DNA from: Thermoplasmatota archaeon
GTDB taxonomy: Archaea; Thermoplasmatota; E2; JACPAO01; JAHFTW01
Direction of reading: 5' to 3'
Length of the DNA stretch: 64,000 nt
NCBI GenBank assembly: GCA_041601615.1
Contig: JBFIHX010000004.1
Coordinates: 64,001 to 128,000 of the forward strand
Shown here: one piece after another, positions 1 to 9,548 of the stretch
Position numbering within the stretch: the stretch's first letter is position 1
How the letters are laid out: each line of letters opens with the position of its first letter
The notes under the pieces: generated by a model
The model's database searches: none
Seen by the model: only the letters and a program-made list of their open reading frames with translations
What the model was told of the DNA's origin: nothing
Program-made: the position numbers and the translations under genes

Positions 1-622
1 AGTTCGGGTCAAAGTGCCCAAAATTGAGGCCATCGCCGAGCACGTTCGTACCGTCCCAGATCAATTCAGACTGCGCAGCCGTGACAGGTCCCGCCACGAA
101 CACATCGAAGGTATTGATCGAATCCAGAGCGGCGCACGGGTTGACAGAGCCACCCTGCCAGGCGGAACCGTCGACACCTGGGAGGCCGAAGCCACACTGG
201 ATGTATCCGGTGTATTGAGTCACCTGCGTAAACGGCAGGTTGGCGGTGTCGCGCTCCAATTGCACCTTGACGATTGGCGGCGCCGCGATTCCCGCCTCCA
301 CCACGGTGCTTGTCTGGGTTGAGCTGAAGCCGAGTTTGCTGATGGCGAGGAAGTAGGATCCGGGCTCTAGGTCTTTGAACAGGAAGGCGCCGTCCGCATT
401 GCTGGTGGCTTCGATGCCTAGGCTCTGGATGGCGACGCGGGCGCCCTCGATGGGTGTGATGGAGGCGTCTAGGACCAAGCCCCGTATGACGCCGCGATCC
501 TTGTCGACCACTATGTCGCCAAACTTGTCGTCGTCATCGCCGGGACCTGTTTTTGTTGCACCCTCCGTGCAGCCGGCGAGGACCACGGACAGGGAGATTG
601 CGAGGATGATGAAGAACCTCAT
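1..622 (-). CDS. Lipoprotein with carboxypeptidase-regulatory-like (Ig-like) domain, 3' end runs off the window; paralog of 799..1647
   Basis: Hand translation (absent from ORF track): MRFFIILAISLSVVLAGC...RGVIRGLVLDASITPIEGARVAIQSLGIEATSNADGAFLFKDLEPGSY; lipobox LAGC; open to base 1. Confidence 0.85.
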   Translation of the reverse strand, partial: MRFFIILAISLSVVLAGCTEGATKTGPGDDDDKFGDIVVDKDRGVIRGLVLDASITPIEGARVAIQSLGIEATSNADGAFLFKDLEPGSYFLAISKLGFSSTQTSTVVEAGIAAPPIVKVQLERDTANLPFTQVTQYTGYIQCGFGLPGVDGSAWQGGSVNPCAALDSINTFDVFVAGPVTAAQSELIWDGTNVLGDGLNFGHFDPN

Positions 623-798
623 GCGCAAAAACCGGTTCCTGGAGAGTAAAACAGTTGTTGTCACATTGCAGGACAATCAGGTACACGAGGGAGAAAAGCG
701 AAAAGGGTGTGCTGGCGGGTAGCCGGGGCCAAAACGGCCCCTGCGTTCGCTGCTACCACAGGCGCGAGGAGTGCTACGGGATCGAAGGCCGAGGAATC

Positions 799-1647
799 CT
801 AGCTCGGAGTGGGGTGCTTGCCGTTCTCGAGGAACGTCCAGCCTTCGTCGGGCGAGAAGCCGTAGAAGTTGGTGTTGATGATCTCGAACTCCTGCTCGGC
901 CACCAGCGACGGGGAGGTGGTGCCGGGGAACACGCGCAGCAGGAACGACTCGTAGCCGGGGCCGTTTTTGCTCTCGATGAGGGTACCGTTGACCAGCAGA
1001 ATGCGCGGGCTCGGACCGTCGGTGGCGATGTAGTTGCTGGCGGTGGTGCTTGGGTCGTAGTGGCCAAAGCTCAGGCCGTCACCAAGAATGTTGGTGCCTT
1101 CCCAGAACAGTTCGGATTGCGAGGCTGTAACTGGGCGCTGCACGAACACGTCGAAGGTGTTGACGGAGCCGGAGAGGAAGCACGGGTTGACGCTGCCGAC
1201 GCCGGGAATACCGAAGCCACATTGGAGGTAGCCGGAGTATTGCGAGAGTTCGGTGAAGGGGATGCTTTCGAGGTCGGGTTGAAGCTGGACCTTGACGATG
1301 GGCGGGGTGTCGACGCCGGCGACCACGTTGACGCTGGTCTGGGCCGGGCTGAAGCCGATTTTCTTGACGCCCAGGAAGTAGGTTCCGGGTTCGAGGTCGG
1401 CGAAGATGAATGCGCCGTCGGCATTGGAGACCGTTTCGATGCCGAGGCTCTTGATGCTGACCGTTGCACCTTCGATGGGGACGATGGACGGATTGAGGAC
1501 GATGCCTCGAATGGCGCCTTTGTCATCGTCCACGTCGATCTCGTCGAACTTGGTCTCTAGCTCGTCGCCGGAGTCCGCTGGAGCGCTTTCTGCACATCCG
1601 GCCAAGGTCACGGCAACAAGGATGAGCGCGAGGGACAGTGTCCGCAT
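799..1647 (-). CDS. Lipoprotein with carboxypeptidase-regulatory-like domain
   Basis: MRTLSLALILVAVTLAGC lipobox; GAIRGIV..PIEGATV..SNADGAFIFADLEPGTY motif; start moved to the ATG at 1647. Confidence 0.85.
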   Translation of the reverse strand: MRTLSLALILVAVTLAGCAESAPADSGDELETKFDEIDVDDDKGAIRGIVLNPSIVPIEGATVSIKSLGIETVSNADGAFIFADLEPGTYFLGVKKIGFSPAQTSVNVVAGVDTPPIVKVQLQPDLESIPFTELSQYSGYLQCGFGIPGVGSVNPCFLSGSVNTFDVFVQRPVTASQSELFWEGTNILGDGLSFGHYDPSTTASNYIATDGPSPRILLVNGTLIESKNGPGYESFLLRVFPGTTSPSLVAEQEFEIINTNFYGFSPDEGWTFLENGKHPTPS

Positions 1648-1950
1648 AGTATGGGACGATACTTTCGGGCACATAGCCGTTGTGTCGCAATCAATGCGCA
1701 CCGGCCATCCAGGCCCGCCAGGGACCTCATACGTCCATCATAAGTCCATCACGAGCCAACGGTGTTCGGGCCAGCCCCTGCGCTCTATTGGGAGGGGTGC
1801 AGAGAGGATGAGCGCGAGTGGGAGGGAATGAGTTGGGCGGCGAGAGGCAGGGTTGGAAGGGGAGGGGATGAAAGGGGCAGGGAGGGGCGGAGTGGGGAAC
1901 GGGGAATGGTCCCGGAGCCGGGCGCATTTGCACTGTTTTGGAATCGCGGT

Positions 1951-2178
1951 TTAGTGCGCGTCGCGGCGGCTCTTGGCGTAGTACGCCACCAACAACATTG
2001 TAATGGCAGCCAGGGGAACGAGCAGGAGCACCAGGCCCCACGCCCGCACAGGAGCACTTTGGCTAAGCATCATGCCGGCGCCCACAAACAGGCTGCCCAG
2101 AAACAGCAGCCAGACCCAGCCGTAGGAGATGCGACGTTCGCCCTCGTCTTCGTGCACTTCCGTCTTCAGGCGGGCCAC
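1951..2178 (-). CDS. Small two-TM membrane protein, unknown function
   Basis: 75 aa ORF with two hydrophobic stretches; directly downstream of the regulator on the same strand. Confidence 0.55.
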   Translation of the reverse strand: MARLKTEVHEDEGERRISYGWVWLLFLGSLFVGAGMMLSQSAPVRAWGLVLLLVPLAAITMLLVAYYAKSRRDAH

Positions 2179-2200
2179 AAGCGACCGAGGCGGCAGCGAC

Positions 2201-2599
2201 TCATAGACCCCGCGACAAGGTTTCGTGGCGGGCCCGGTACGCGTCGCGGCAAGTGGTGCAGCAGAATGGATGTTGTTTGGACGCGATGTGGGCCCAGACG
2301 GGTGCGCCAGTGCGTTGTTTGCACCAGTGGCAGGTGACGGCGGCGGCTCCCATCAGGTTGGGCCCGGCAAAAGCCTCCTCGTCGAGTCGCACGGTGTAAC
2401 CTAGGATGATGCCGGAGTCTTCCATGCGGCGGATGCGGGCGCTCACGGTGGGTTGGGTGCTGCCGGCGGCGCGGGCAAGGTCACGGTGGCTGCGGCGGGC
2501 GTCTGCTTGCAGGAGGCGCAGGATGGTGCGGTCCAAGTTGTCGAGGGCGTCGGTTTTCGCGTCGGAGTCGGCCCCGTGACCCAGTTCGTGCACACCCAT
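2201..2599 (-). CDS. Lrp/AsnC-type HTH regulator with C-terminal TRASH-like metal-binding domain (putative copper regulator)
   Basis: LDNLDRTILRLLQADARRS..PTVSARIRRMEDSGII HTH; CHWC...FCCTTC motif; divergent from HMA chaperone. Confidence 0.8.
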   Translation of the reverse strand: MGVHELGHGADSDAKTDALDNLDRTILRLLQADARRSHRDLARAAGSTQPTVSARIRRMEDSGIILGYTVRLDEEAFAGPNLMGAAAVTCHWCKQRTGAPVWAHIASKQHPFCCTTCRDAYRARHETLSRGL

Positions 2600-2604
2600 G
2601 ATGC

Positions 2605-2618
2605 TTTGCAATTGCAAA
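2605..2618. promoter_or_regulatory. Perfect 14-bp palindrome TTTGCAATTGCAAA, candidate operator
   Basis: Lies in the short gap between the divergent regulator and HMA genes. Confidence 0.55.
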
Positions 2619-2656
2619 CCAGAGGTAAAAAAGCACGCGCCACCCCATCTGGATCC

Positions 2657-2878
2657 ATGGGCCTATTTGGCAACTCAGAAACTGTGGAACTGACCGTCAG
2701 CGGCATGACTTGCGGGTCCTGTGTCGCGCGAGTAACCGATGCACTGCGCGATGTGCCGGGCGTCAAGCGAACCGAAGTACACCTTGATTCGGGCCAGGCT
2801 CGCGTCAAAGTCGCAATCGGCACCGACCGCCAGATGCTGGTGGATGCGGTCCGCACGGTTGGATACGCCACCGAGTAG
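2657..2878 (+). CDS. Heavy-metal-associated (CopZ-like) chaperone
   Basis: GMTCGSC motif, ~73 aa single HMA domain. Confidence 0.9.
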   Translation: MGLFGNSETVELTVSGMTCGSCVARVTDALRDVPGVKRTEVHLDSGQARVKVAIGTDRQMLVDAVRTVGYATE

Positions 2879-2890
2879 CCGATTGATCGC

Positions 2891-3403
2891 CTAGAACGCC
2901 CAGCGGCCTGTTTCCACCAGCAGCGCCATCAGGAACGTAGCTGCCACCACGCCGGCGTAGAACCAGGGCCAGGCATCGCGTCGGCGCAAGCCAAACAAGT
3001 GCACAAGGAGGCCGCCGGTCCAGGCGCCAGCACCGGGCAAGGGCACGGCAGCGATGCTCAGAAACACCGCCGATTCCTCGATGCGCTCGCCGCGTGGACT
3101 GACCTGGCGGCGAGTGCGGGCAAACACCCAATCAAGCACACGTTCGGAGCGGCGCCAGCTGCGAAGGAGGGATTCCAGGCGCGGATAGAGCCAGTGCGTG
3201 GTGGGCGCCACCAGTACGCTGCCAAGCAGGCTCCACACGACAGCTTCTGCCCAACCCATGTCGTAGAGGAGAATCGCCACCGGCACGCTGACGCGCACTT
3301 CGCCCAGGGGATTCCAGGCGAGAAACGCCACGGCTAGGGGGGCCGGGATGATGGCGAGCGCCTCGACCACCGGGCCAAGCAACGCGCTCCACCACTCGAC
3401 CAC
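2891..3403 (-). CDS. Small multi-drug export family membrane protein (COG2426-like)
   Basis: P.GE.R...P and VPLPGAGAWTG motifs; GTG start just after the pyrC stop. Confidence 0.75.
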   Translation of the reverse strand: MVEWWSALLGPVVEALAIIPAPLAVAFLAWNPLGEVRVSVPVAILLYDMGWAEAVVWSLLGSVLVAPTTHWLYPRLESLLRSWRRSERVLDWVFARTRRQVSPRGERIEESAVFLSIAAVPLPGAGAWTGGLLVHLFGLRRRDAWPWFYAGVVAATFLMALLVETGRWAF

Positions 3404-3405
3404 GC

Positions 3406-4710
3406 TTACGGCGCCTCGGGAAGGGCGACCATGCTGCGGCCGGAGCCCGCCTCTGCAACCAGCTTGCCGTCGGCGACCACGGGCGCACCAAGCAGGTAGG
3501 TGTGGCTGGGCATGCACGCTGGCATTCCGCCGTAGGGGCTCCAATTGCACTTGCTGTGCAGTGCTTGTTCATCGAGCGGAGCGGGGGCGTCGAGATCAAA
3601 GACGGCAAAGTCGGCGCGCAGGCCGACCGTGAGGCTCCCTCGGTCCTTGAGATTCAGAAGTGCTGCCGGCGCCTTCGTGACAGAGTCCACCACAATCGAG
3701 AGCGGAACGTCTCCTGCGGCGGCTCGGCCCAGAAGCAACGGCACCATGGTTTCCACGCCGGGAATGCCCGCCGGGGCCGAGGGAAACACGTCCTCCTTCT
3801 CCTTGGGTGCATGCGGTGCGTGGTCGGATTCCAAAATCGGGATGCGGCCGCTTGCGAAGGCCTCCATCATGGCGTCACGGCTCCGGATGTCACGAAGCGG
3901 CGGATTCACCTTGGCGTATCCTTCCGCAAGCCCCCAGCCTTCCCAGGTCAAAAGTAGGTGATGCGGGCAGACGCCCATGCTGAACTTGGCAGCGGTGGCG
4001 GCTTGCACCGCGTCTGTGGAAGCGACGTGGGCAATGTGGATGCGCGGCGCGGGCTTGATGCCTGGCATCGCCTTCATCACGTCGTAAATGGATTCGACTT
4101 CCGCAAGTGCCGGTCGTGCTCGATCGTGGTCGCCGGGCTCCACTTCGTTGCGGCGGTAGTGGTCGAGAATCCGCTGCGCCTCGCAGTGAAGAATGACAGG
4201 TTTTCCCGCCTTGCCACACAGCGCCAGGGCTTCCTTGAAGGCCGCCGCGTCGTCGAGCAACAAGTCCCCGGTGGTCGCGCCGAGGTAGACCTTCATGCCG
4301 ACGCTCCAGCGCAGCATTTCGGCGACCTCTCCCGTGTACCAGGTGCCGCCGGCCCAGAGCCCATAATCCACGACGACCTTTGATTGGGCGATGCGGTGCT
4401 TTTCGCGGATGGCTCGGATGGATGTAGTGGGCGGGAGCGTGTTGGGCATGTCCACAACACCCGTCACGCCACCAAAAGCGGCAGAGACTGTGCCGGTGTG
4501 CAGGTCTTCCTTGTGCGTCGCGCCCGGGTCCCGCATGTGCACATGAATGTCGATGGCGCCCGGCAAAATGGCGCGGTCGCCAAAATCCGTGTGCTCTTCT
4601 GCGACCTCATCAGGGCCAGTAATCTTCGCAATGATCCCGTTGTCGTCCACCCAAAGGACGCCCGGTTTGAGCGCTCCATCTTGGTAGATGCGGCCGCTGT
4701 AGGATTTCAT
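3406..4710 (-). CDS. pyrC: Dihydroorotase (amidohydrolase family)
   Basis: PGAIDIHVHMRDPG, DMPNT, KVNPPLR and SDHAPH motifs. Confidence 0.85.
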   Translation of the reverse strand: MKSYSGRIYQDGALKPGVLWVDDNGIIAKITGPDEVAEEHTDFGDRAILPGAIDIHVHMRDPGATHKEDLHTGTVSAAFGGVTGVVDMPNTLPPTTSIRAIREKHRIAQSKVVVDYGLWAGGTWYTGEVAEMLRWSVGMKVYLGATTGDLLLDDAAAFKEALALCGKAGKPVILHCEAQRILDHYRRNEVEPGDHDRARPALAEVESIYDVMKAMPGIKPAPRIHIAHVASTDAVQAATAAKFSMGVCPHHLLLTWEGWGLAEGYAKVNPPLRDIRSRDAMMEAFASGRIPILESDHAPHAPKEKEDVFPSAPAGIPGVETMVPLLLGRAAAGDVPLSIVVDSVTKAPAALLNLKDRGSLTVGLRADFAVFDLDAPAPLDEQALHSKCNWSPYGGMPACMPSHTYLLGAPVVADGKLVAEAGSGRSMVALPEAP

Positions 4711-5273
4711 CAGACAGACCCCCAGACACCGAGTTCACCGTCTCGAACCATTTCGTCGAGGGACTTGTGGAAGGTGCGCGTCCAGGAGCGAACATGCAAA
4801 TGGTGGCCAAGCAGCCCGCCCACGAGCAAGCCGTTGACCGCGATGATGGGAATCGAAAACACGGGGTCGCGCTCGCCGCCAAACGCAACGACCACGAGGA
4901 TCACTTCCAGGCCCCAAAGGAGCGTCAGAAGCGCCGCGAGCGCCATGCTGCGGTTGTGCGTGCTGCGGCCGCGTACCTTGCGATGCAGTTCTGGCACGGT
5001 TTCACAGGCCGGAGCGAGCTTCATCCAGTGGTTCCACATGCCGCGCAGGCTCGACTCGTAGCCATCCACGGCACGAAGTCCGGTCCACCAGCCGAGGCCG
5101 AGCCCGAGTAGGATGGCGCCCGCGTGAACGCCCATGCCCCAGGGCATCCACAACAGGAGTGCTGGAGCCAGAAGCAGCGCCGCAAACACAGTCAACAGGG
5201 CGGCGCGGCTGCGCGCGTGCCGGGAGTCACCCTGCAGGAGGCCCAAAAACTCGCGAGCGACACCACGCGCCAT
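4710..5273 (-). CDS. Hypothetical multi-pass membrane protein
   Basis: About four hydrophobic segments; stop overlaps the pyrC start; start codon uncertain. Confidence 0.6.
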   Translation of the reverse strand: MARGVAREFLGLLQGDSRHARSRAALLTVFAALLLAPALLLWMPWGMGVHAGAILLGLGLGWWTGLRAVDGYESSLRGMWNHWMKLAPACETVPELHRKVRGRSTHNRSMALAALLTLLWGLEVILVVVAFGGERDPVFSIPIIAVNGLLVGGLLGHHLHVRSWTRTFHKSLDEMVRDGELGVWGSV

Positions 5274-5408
5274 CGGCGCTACCAGGAGGCACTTCCTCTT
5301 AGGGCCCTCGGTTCGATGCGGAATTGTATGCAGGCGCAACAATATCGCACGCCGAGCCCGTGCGCGGGCCTTGGACCAGGCCTGCAGCCGGCGCCAGTGC
5401 AGCCGAAA

Positions 5409-6209
5409 TTAGGCGCTGGTCAACCGTCCAAACACCAGGAATGCCGTGTGCCCCAAGCCCTCAGAACTGGGCCGAATGCGGCGGTCCTTGACATCCCAAA
5501 GACGCTCGATCAGCTCCATGGCGCGAACGTCGGCAAAGCCAAGCGATTCGAGTGTCCGCACCGCCTGTTCCATCTGGGTCACCTGGGGGCAAAAGCAGCA
5601 GACGCGAGCGCCAGGACCCAAGAGCGGCCGCAGATTCGGCAGCGCCAGCCACGGCTCCGGTTGGTCCAACAACACCGCATCGAAGGGGCCGGCGACGCCT
5701 TCCGCGACACCCTGCGTCAGGTCGCCAAGAAACACATCCACGCGTTGTTTGAGTCCCGCGTGGACTAGGTTTTCGGACGCCCATTCGGCAAAATCTTCGC
5801 GCAATTCCTGCACCACAACCTTGCCGGTGTCGCCCACGGCGCTTGCCAGGACCATGGTGGTGGCACCCGAGCCGATGCCGGACTCCAAAACGCGGTCGCC
5901 AGCACCCACGCCCAGCTCAAACACGATGCGGCTGGCGTCCTTGGCACCGATGGTCTGTGCTTTGCGGCGCACGGTGCTGTGCAAGTCGGCGACGGTCGGA
6001 CGAAGCAAGGCGAGGGTTTTGCCCACAGCGACGATGGAGGCGCCCCATGCAAGGCCCGCGAAGCGATTCGGGTCAATGACGCCGAGCCCGCCGACCTTGC
6101 GTGCGTGTCCGCCGTCCACTTGCAAGAGCCAGCGGCGGCCCGTCTCCGGCTCCAATGCCAACACGCGGTCGCCCGCGACGATGAGGTCCGTGGAAGGGTT
6201 TTGGTCCAT
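5409..6209 (-). CDS. trmI: tRNA (adenine-N1)-methyltransferase, TrmI/Gcd14 family
   Basis: VLESGIGSG SAM motif, ELREDF, DAVLLDQPEPW, IRPS...GHTAFL. Confidence 0.9.
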   Translation of the reverse strand: MDQNPSTDLIVAGDRVLALEPETGRRWLLQVDGGHARKVGGLGVIDPNRFAGLAWGASIVAVGKTLALLRPTVADLHSTVRRKAQTIGAKDASRIVFELGVGAGDRVLESGIGSGATTMVLASAVGDTGKVVVQELREDFAEWASENLVHAGLKQRVDVFLGDLTQGVAEGVAGPFDAVLLDQPEPWLALPNLRPLLGPGARVCCFCPQVTQMEQAVRTLESLGFADVRAMELIERLWDVKDRRIRPSSEGLGHTAFLVFGRLTSA

Positions 6210-6217
6210 GGAAACGG

Positions 6218-6568
6218 TCACTGTTGCTTGGCAAAGGCAGCTTGCAGCTTGGTCTGGAGTTCTTCCAGTGCCTCGCGCAATTGCTCTTCCTGGCCCTTGG
6301 TGCGCTTGATGCGGATTTCCATCGTCTCCGCGTCGTCCTTGAGGCGGGCTACGGCGGCGTCTCGGCCGGCGTCCTGGACCAGGTAGCTGCCCACGTTGCG
6401 GTAGATCGTGGCGTCTTCTGCCAGCTCCTCCAGTTCGCCCGCGGCGCGGGTGTTTTCGTTCAGCATCGCTTCCATCTGCATGCGCTGCTGGGACACCTGC
6501 TGAAGTTGCTGGGACATTTGCTGAAGGCGCTGGACCTGGGCCTGAAGGTCCGCTGCGTTCTCGGCCAT
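6218..6568 (-). CDS. pfdB: Prefoldin beta subunit
   Basis: Coiled coil / IYRNVGSYLV hairpin / coiled coil layout, ~116 aa. Confidence 0.85.
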   Translation of the reverse strand: MAENAADLQAQVQRLQQMSQQLQQVSQQRMQMEAMLNENTRAAGELEELAEDATIYRNVGSYLVQDAGRDAAVARLKDDAETMEIRIKRTKGQEEQLREALEELQTKLQAAFAKQQ

Positions 6569-6673
6569 GGCGGCGGCGAGACTGGGCGCCGTCTTCAACG
6601 TTCACCCACGCCAGGCTCAGCCGTACCTGCACATCTACTTATCAACCTGAACATGTTCGAACCACACGCGAAC

Positions 6674-7363
6674 ATGGGACTGACGGAACTGCTCTTCCAA
6701 CTCGAAATGCCCGAGTGGCCCGTCGCCGGTTTTACTCGCGAAGTGCCCGACGCCCGCGTCATCATGAACCACATCCGGTTCGATGAGGACCACTTTCCGA
6801 TTCGCAACATCTTCACGGTGCTTGCCAGCAAGGAGGACGCGGCCCGGTTTCTGAAGCTCCTGGATGAATTGTACACCAACATCGATGTGCTGCGCCAGGA
6901 CGACAGCGCCCTCTCCGTGCTTGTTGATCCGGCGCCCGAGAAAATGAAATTCCTCAAGGGCCCCTTCACCAGCGCCCTTCGATCGCTAGGCGAAGATCGC
7001 ATCCTTCGCCCCATCGTCATCAAAGATGGCTGGATGACCGTCGGCGTCATCACCGCGGCCAGCGTCGAAATCGGCGACATCATCCGCACCGCAACGGACT
7101 CCTTCAAGAAAGCCGGCCTCCAAATGAAGCTCGTGCGCTGGGGCGAATACCGGCCCGAAGACCACCCCATCGGTGATTACGAAGAAAAGTTGACGCCCAA
7201 GCAAACGGAGATTGTCAAAATGGGGCTCGCACTCGGCTTCTACGACAACCCGCGACGCTGCAACCTGGAAACACTCGCCAAAGTGTTCGGCATCAGCAAA
7301 GCCGCCGCCCACAACCGCCTCAAATCCGCCGAGCGCAAAATCCTCACCTCGTATTTCTCCTGA
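6674..7363 (+). CDS. Transcriptional regulator with C-terminal bacterio-opsin-activator-type HTH (HTH_10)
   Basis: LTPKQ...GFYDNPRRCNLETLAKVFGISKAAAHNRLKSAERKI. Confidence 0.85.
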   Translation: MGLTELLFQLEMPEWPVAGFTREVPDARVIMNHIRFDEDHFPIRNIFTVLASKEDAARFLKLLDELYTNIDVLRQDDSALSVLVDPAPEKMKFLKGPFTSALRSLGEDRILRPIVIKDGWMTVGVITAASVEIGDIIRTATDSFKKAGLQMKLVRWGEYRPEDHPIGDYEEKLTPKQTEIVKMGLALGFYDNPRRCNLETLAKVFGISKAAAHNRLKSAERKILTSYFS

Positions 7364-7424
7364 ACGTCGGGCGCTTCCCCGACGATTCGCGGGCCATTTT
7401 ATGCACCAGAGGCCATGAAGGAGT

Positions 7425-7886
7425 ATGCGCCTCCTCGCCGCTTCTCTCTTCGCCGCCCTCATCCTCTCCGGCTGCACGGCCACGCAATCCTTCGAGGACG
7501 GCGAATTCACGGTGATGCTCACGGGCTCCCCCATCGACTCCGATGGACGCGCCACCTTCGACGTCACATTCACGCTCGAAGAACCCCTCACCTACACCCA
7601 CCCCGGCTGCAGCCCCGCCCTGTTTTCCGCCACAGTCCAACACGGCGACGGCATCGGGCTTGCGGAATACGGCAAAGAACCGTTGTTTGGCCCCTGCGTC
7701 ATCCGAGAAACCACGCTTCCCGCCGGCGCGCACACGGCCACATTCCACTGGAACGGCAACGACGGAGTGATGGACGGCGGCCAACCCCACGACGGCAAAC
7801 GCCTGCCCGCGGGCACCTACGACGTGCTCATCGAATTGCGCGGCAACGCAGAAAAGTCCACCACCGTCCAAGTCATCGTCTCCTAG
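7425..7886 (+). CDS. Lipoprotein with Ig-like (FlgD-like) domain
   Basis: LSGC lipobox; FHWNGND...LPAGTY motif. Confidence 0.7.
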   Translation: MRLLAASLFAALILSGCTATQSFEDGEFTVMLTGSPIDSDGRATFDVTFTLEEPLTYTHPGCSPALFSATVQHGDGIGLAEYGKEPLFGPCVIRETTLPAGAHTATFHWNGNDGVMDGGQPHDGKRLPAGTYDVLIELRGNAEKSTTVQVIVS

Positions 7887-9415
7887 GCAGGCTGGGCCGA
7901 AATCTGTTCCACGGCCTGCAATCCGACTGCTGCGTCCGCGAGGCTGTTGGCATAATACACCACGAGGTCCCAGCGATCAGCCCGCACCCGCCGCGCTTTG
8001 TCCCGCACCAATGCGTCCCGACGCTCCAGGACATCCAAGGCACGGTCAAGGACCTTGGTGCGCTCGTCGGCGGCGTCCACTTCATCCGCGATGGCGTCCG
8101 CATCCATGCCACCGTTGGGCAAATACGGATCCCCCGTGGCCACAGGGCGACCGTCACGCCGAATCTCCTCCAATACGTCGCGCAGCGCCAACAACAAGGT
8201 TCCTTCGTCCACGCCCTCTTCCATTCGAGCTTGCCCCACCCGCACGGCGGCGGCGCACACGGCAGTCACAGGAGTTGCTGGAACAGTGCGAGCAATCGCC
8301 TCCATCACGATTTGGCCAAACGGCAACAACGCTTCCTGGCGCACCTTGCGATCGGCGTCGTGCAAAAACGGCGCCTGCTTTGCATACCACTCGTCAAAGG
8401 AAATCGGCTCCCCAAAATGAATGGCCGCAACACCGTGCTTCTTGAGACGCCCCGAGAGGAGCCGACCAAGGTTCAAAGCCCCAATCATGGGGCCACGCAC
8501 CAGCAAACTTCCAAGACGCAGAAGCTTCACTCCGAAGCTGCGCCTCGCCCGGCGCGGGCGCCCGTGTGTTGCCTCGAAGACCATATTCTCGTCCTCAATG
8601 ACGCGATCAAAATTGATGCCGACCGGCACGAACACCAAGGGCTTGTCAAAGGCAGGGTCCAGTTTTGCCAGCGCCATGCTATCGAGCAGGCCAAGCTTCA
8701 CCGGCCGAAGTCGCCCATCCCGGCTGAGACCTCCCTCCGGAAACATCGCCTGCGTCACACTTTGCTTCGTAATCAATTCCACATACGTCTGGAGCGTCTT
8801 GTGGTACAGCGGATCCGTCTCGCCCCGACGCACGAAGTAAGAGCCAAACGATCGAAACAGGCCCTCCAAGGGCCAGACCCGTGCCCACTCCCCGACCGCG
8901 TAACTCACCTGCACGGACCGACTCAGCATGAAACCCGTGACCACAAAATCCGCGTTGCTGCGGTGGTTGCTGACGTACACGACGCTTGCACCTTCCGGAA
9001 TCGACGCCTGCGCACGGCTAAGGCTCTCCTGGTCGAGTCGCACATTGTACAGTGCATACGCGATGCGCCGACCAAGGCGATACCCGACCCGATAGTAGGC
9101 AAGCGGACTAAACTGCGGAACAATCTCCTCTAACCAAACCCGAACCCTCGCCTCCACGTCGTCATAAGACTCCCCGGCCCCCGTGGCCTGCTCCACCATC
9201 GCCTGCACCAACCCCGGCTCCGACAACACGAGCTGACGAACCGCACGGCGATGTGTATACCGAAACGGATCCTCCGGGATGCGCCGATCGCGCAAAAACC
9301 GATCCACGCGAGCCTCCTGACGCCGCTTGAAACCCGACACAACTAGGTGCCGCGCCCCCTCATAGAGCAACCAGCCCGAACCCGCCATGGGGAGCCACTG
9401 CCACCCCGAAGGCAT
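7883..9415 (-). CDS. Glycerol-3-phosphate / lysophospholipid acyltransferase (PlsB/PlsC superfamily)
   Basis: Catalytic NHRSNAD (HX4D), FVRR and FPEGGLSRDG blocks; start uncertain. Confidence 0.85.
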   Translation of the reverse strand: MPSGWQWLPMAGSGWLLYEGARHLVVSGFKRRQEARVDRFLRDRRIPEDPFRYTHRRAVRQLVLSEPGLVQAMVEQATGAGESYDDVEARVRVWLEEIVPQFSPLAYYRVGYRLGRRIAYALYNVRLDQESLSRAQASIPEGASVVYVSNHRSNADFVVTGFMLSRSVQVSYAVGEWARVWPLEGLFRSFGSYFVRRGETDPLYHKTLQTYVELITKQSVTQAMFPEGGLSRDGRLRPVKLGLLDSMALAKLDPAFDKPLVFVPVGINFDRVIEDENMVFEATHGRPRRARRSFGVKLLRLGSLLVRGPMIGALNLGRLLSGRLKKHGVAAIHFGEPISFDEWYAKQAPFLHDADRKVRQEALLPFGQIVMEAIARTVPATPVTAVCAAAVRVGQARMEEGVDEGTLLLALRDVLEEIRRDGRPVATGDPYLPNGGMDADAIADEVDAADERTKVLDRALDVLERRDALVRDKARRVRADRWDLVVYYANSLADAAVGLQAVEQISAQPA

Positions 9416-9548
9416 CCAGACCACGCACCGCAATCACCGCCCTCGACTTGAAACCGACGAAGCAGCGAAACGGCCCCCAAAACCCGATTCCTTTGCCCGC
9501 ACACCGCTAAACGCCCACCGCCGCCTGCGCTCCCGAAGGAACGAATCC

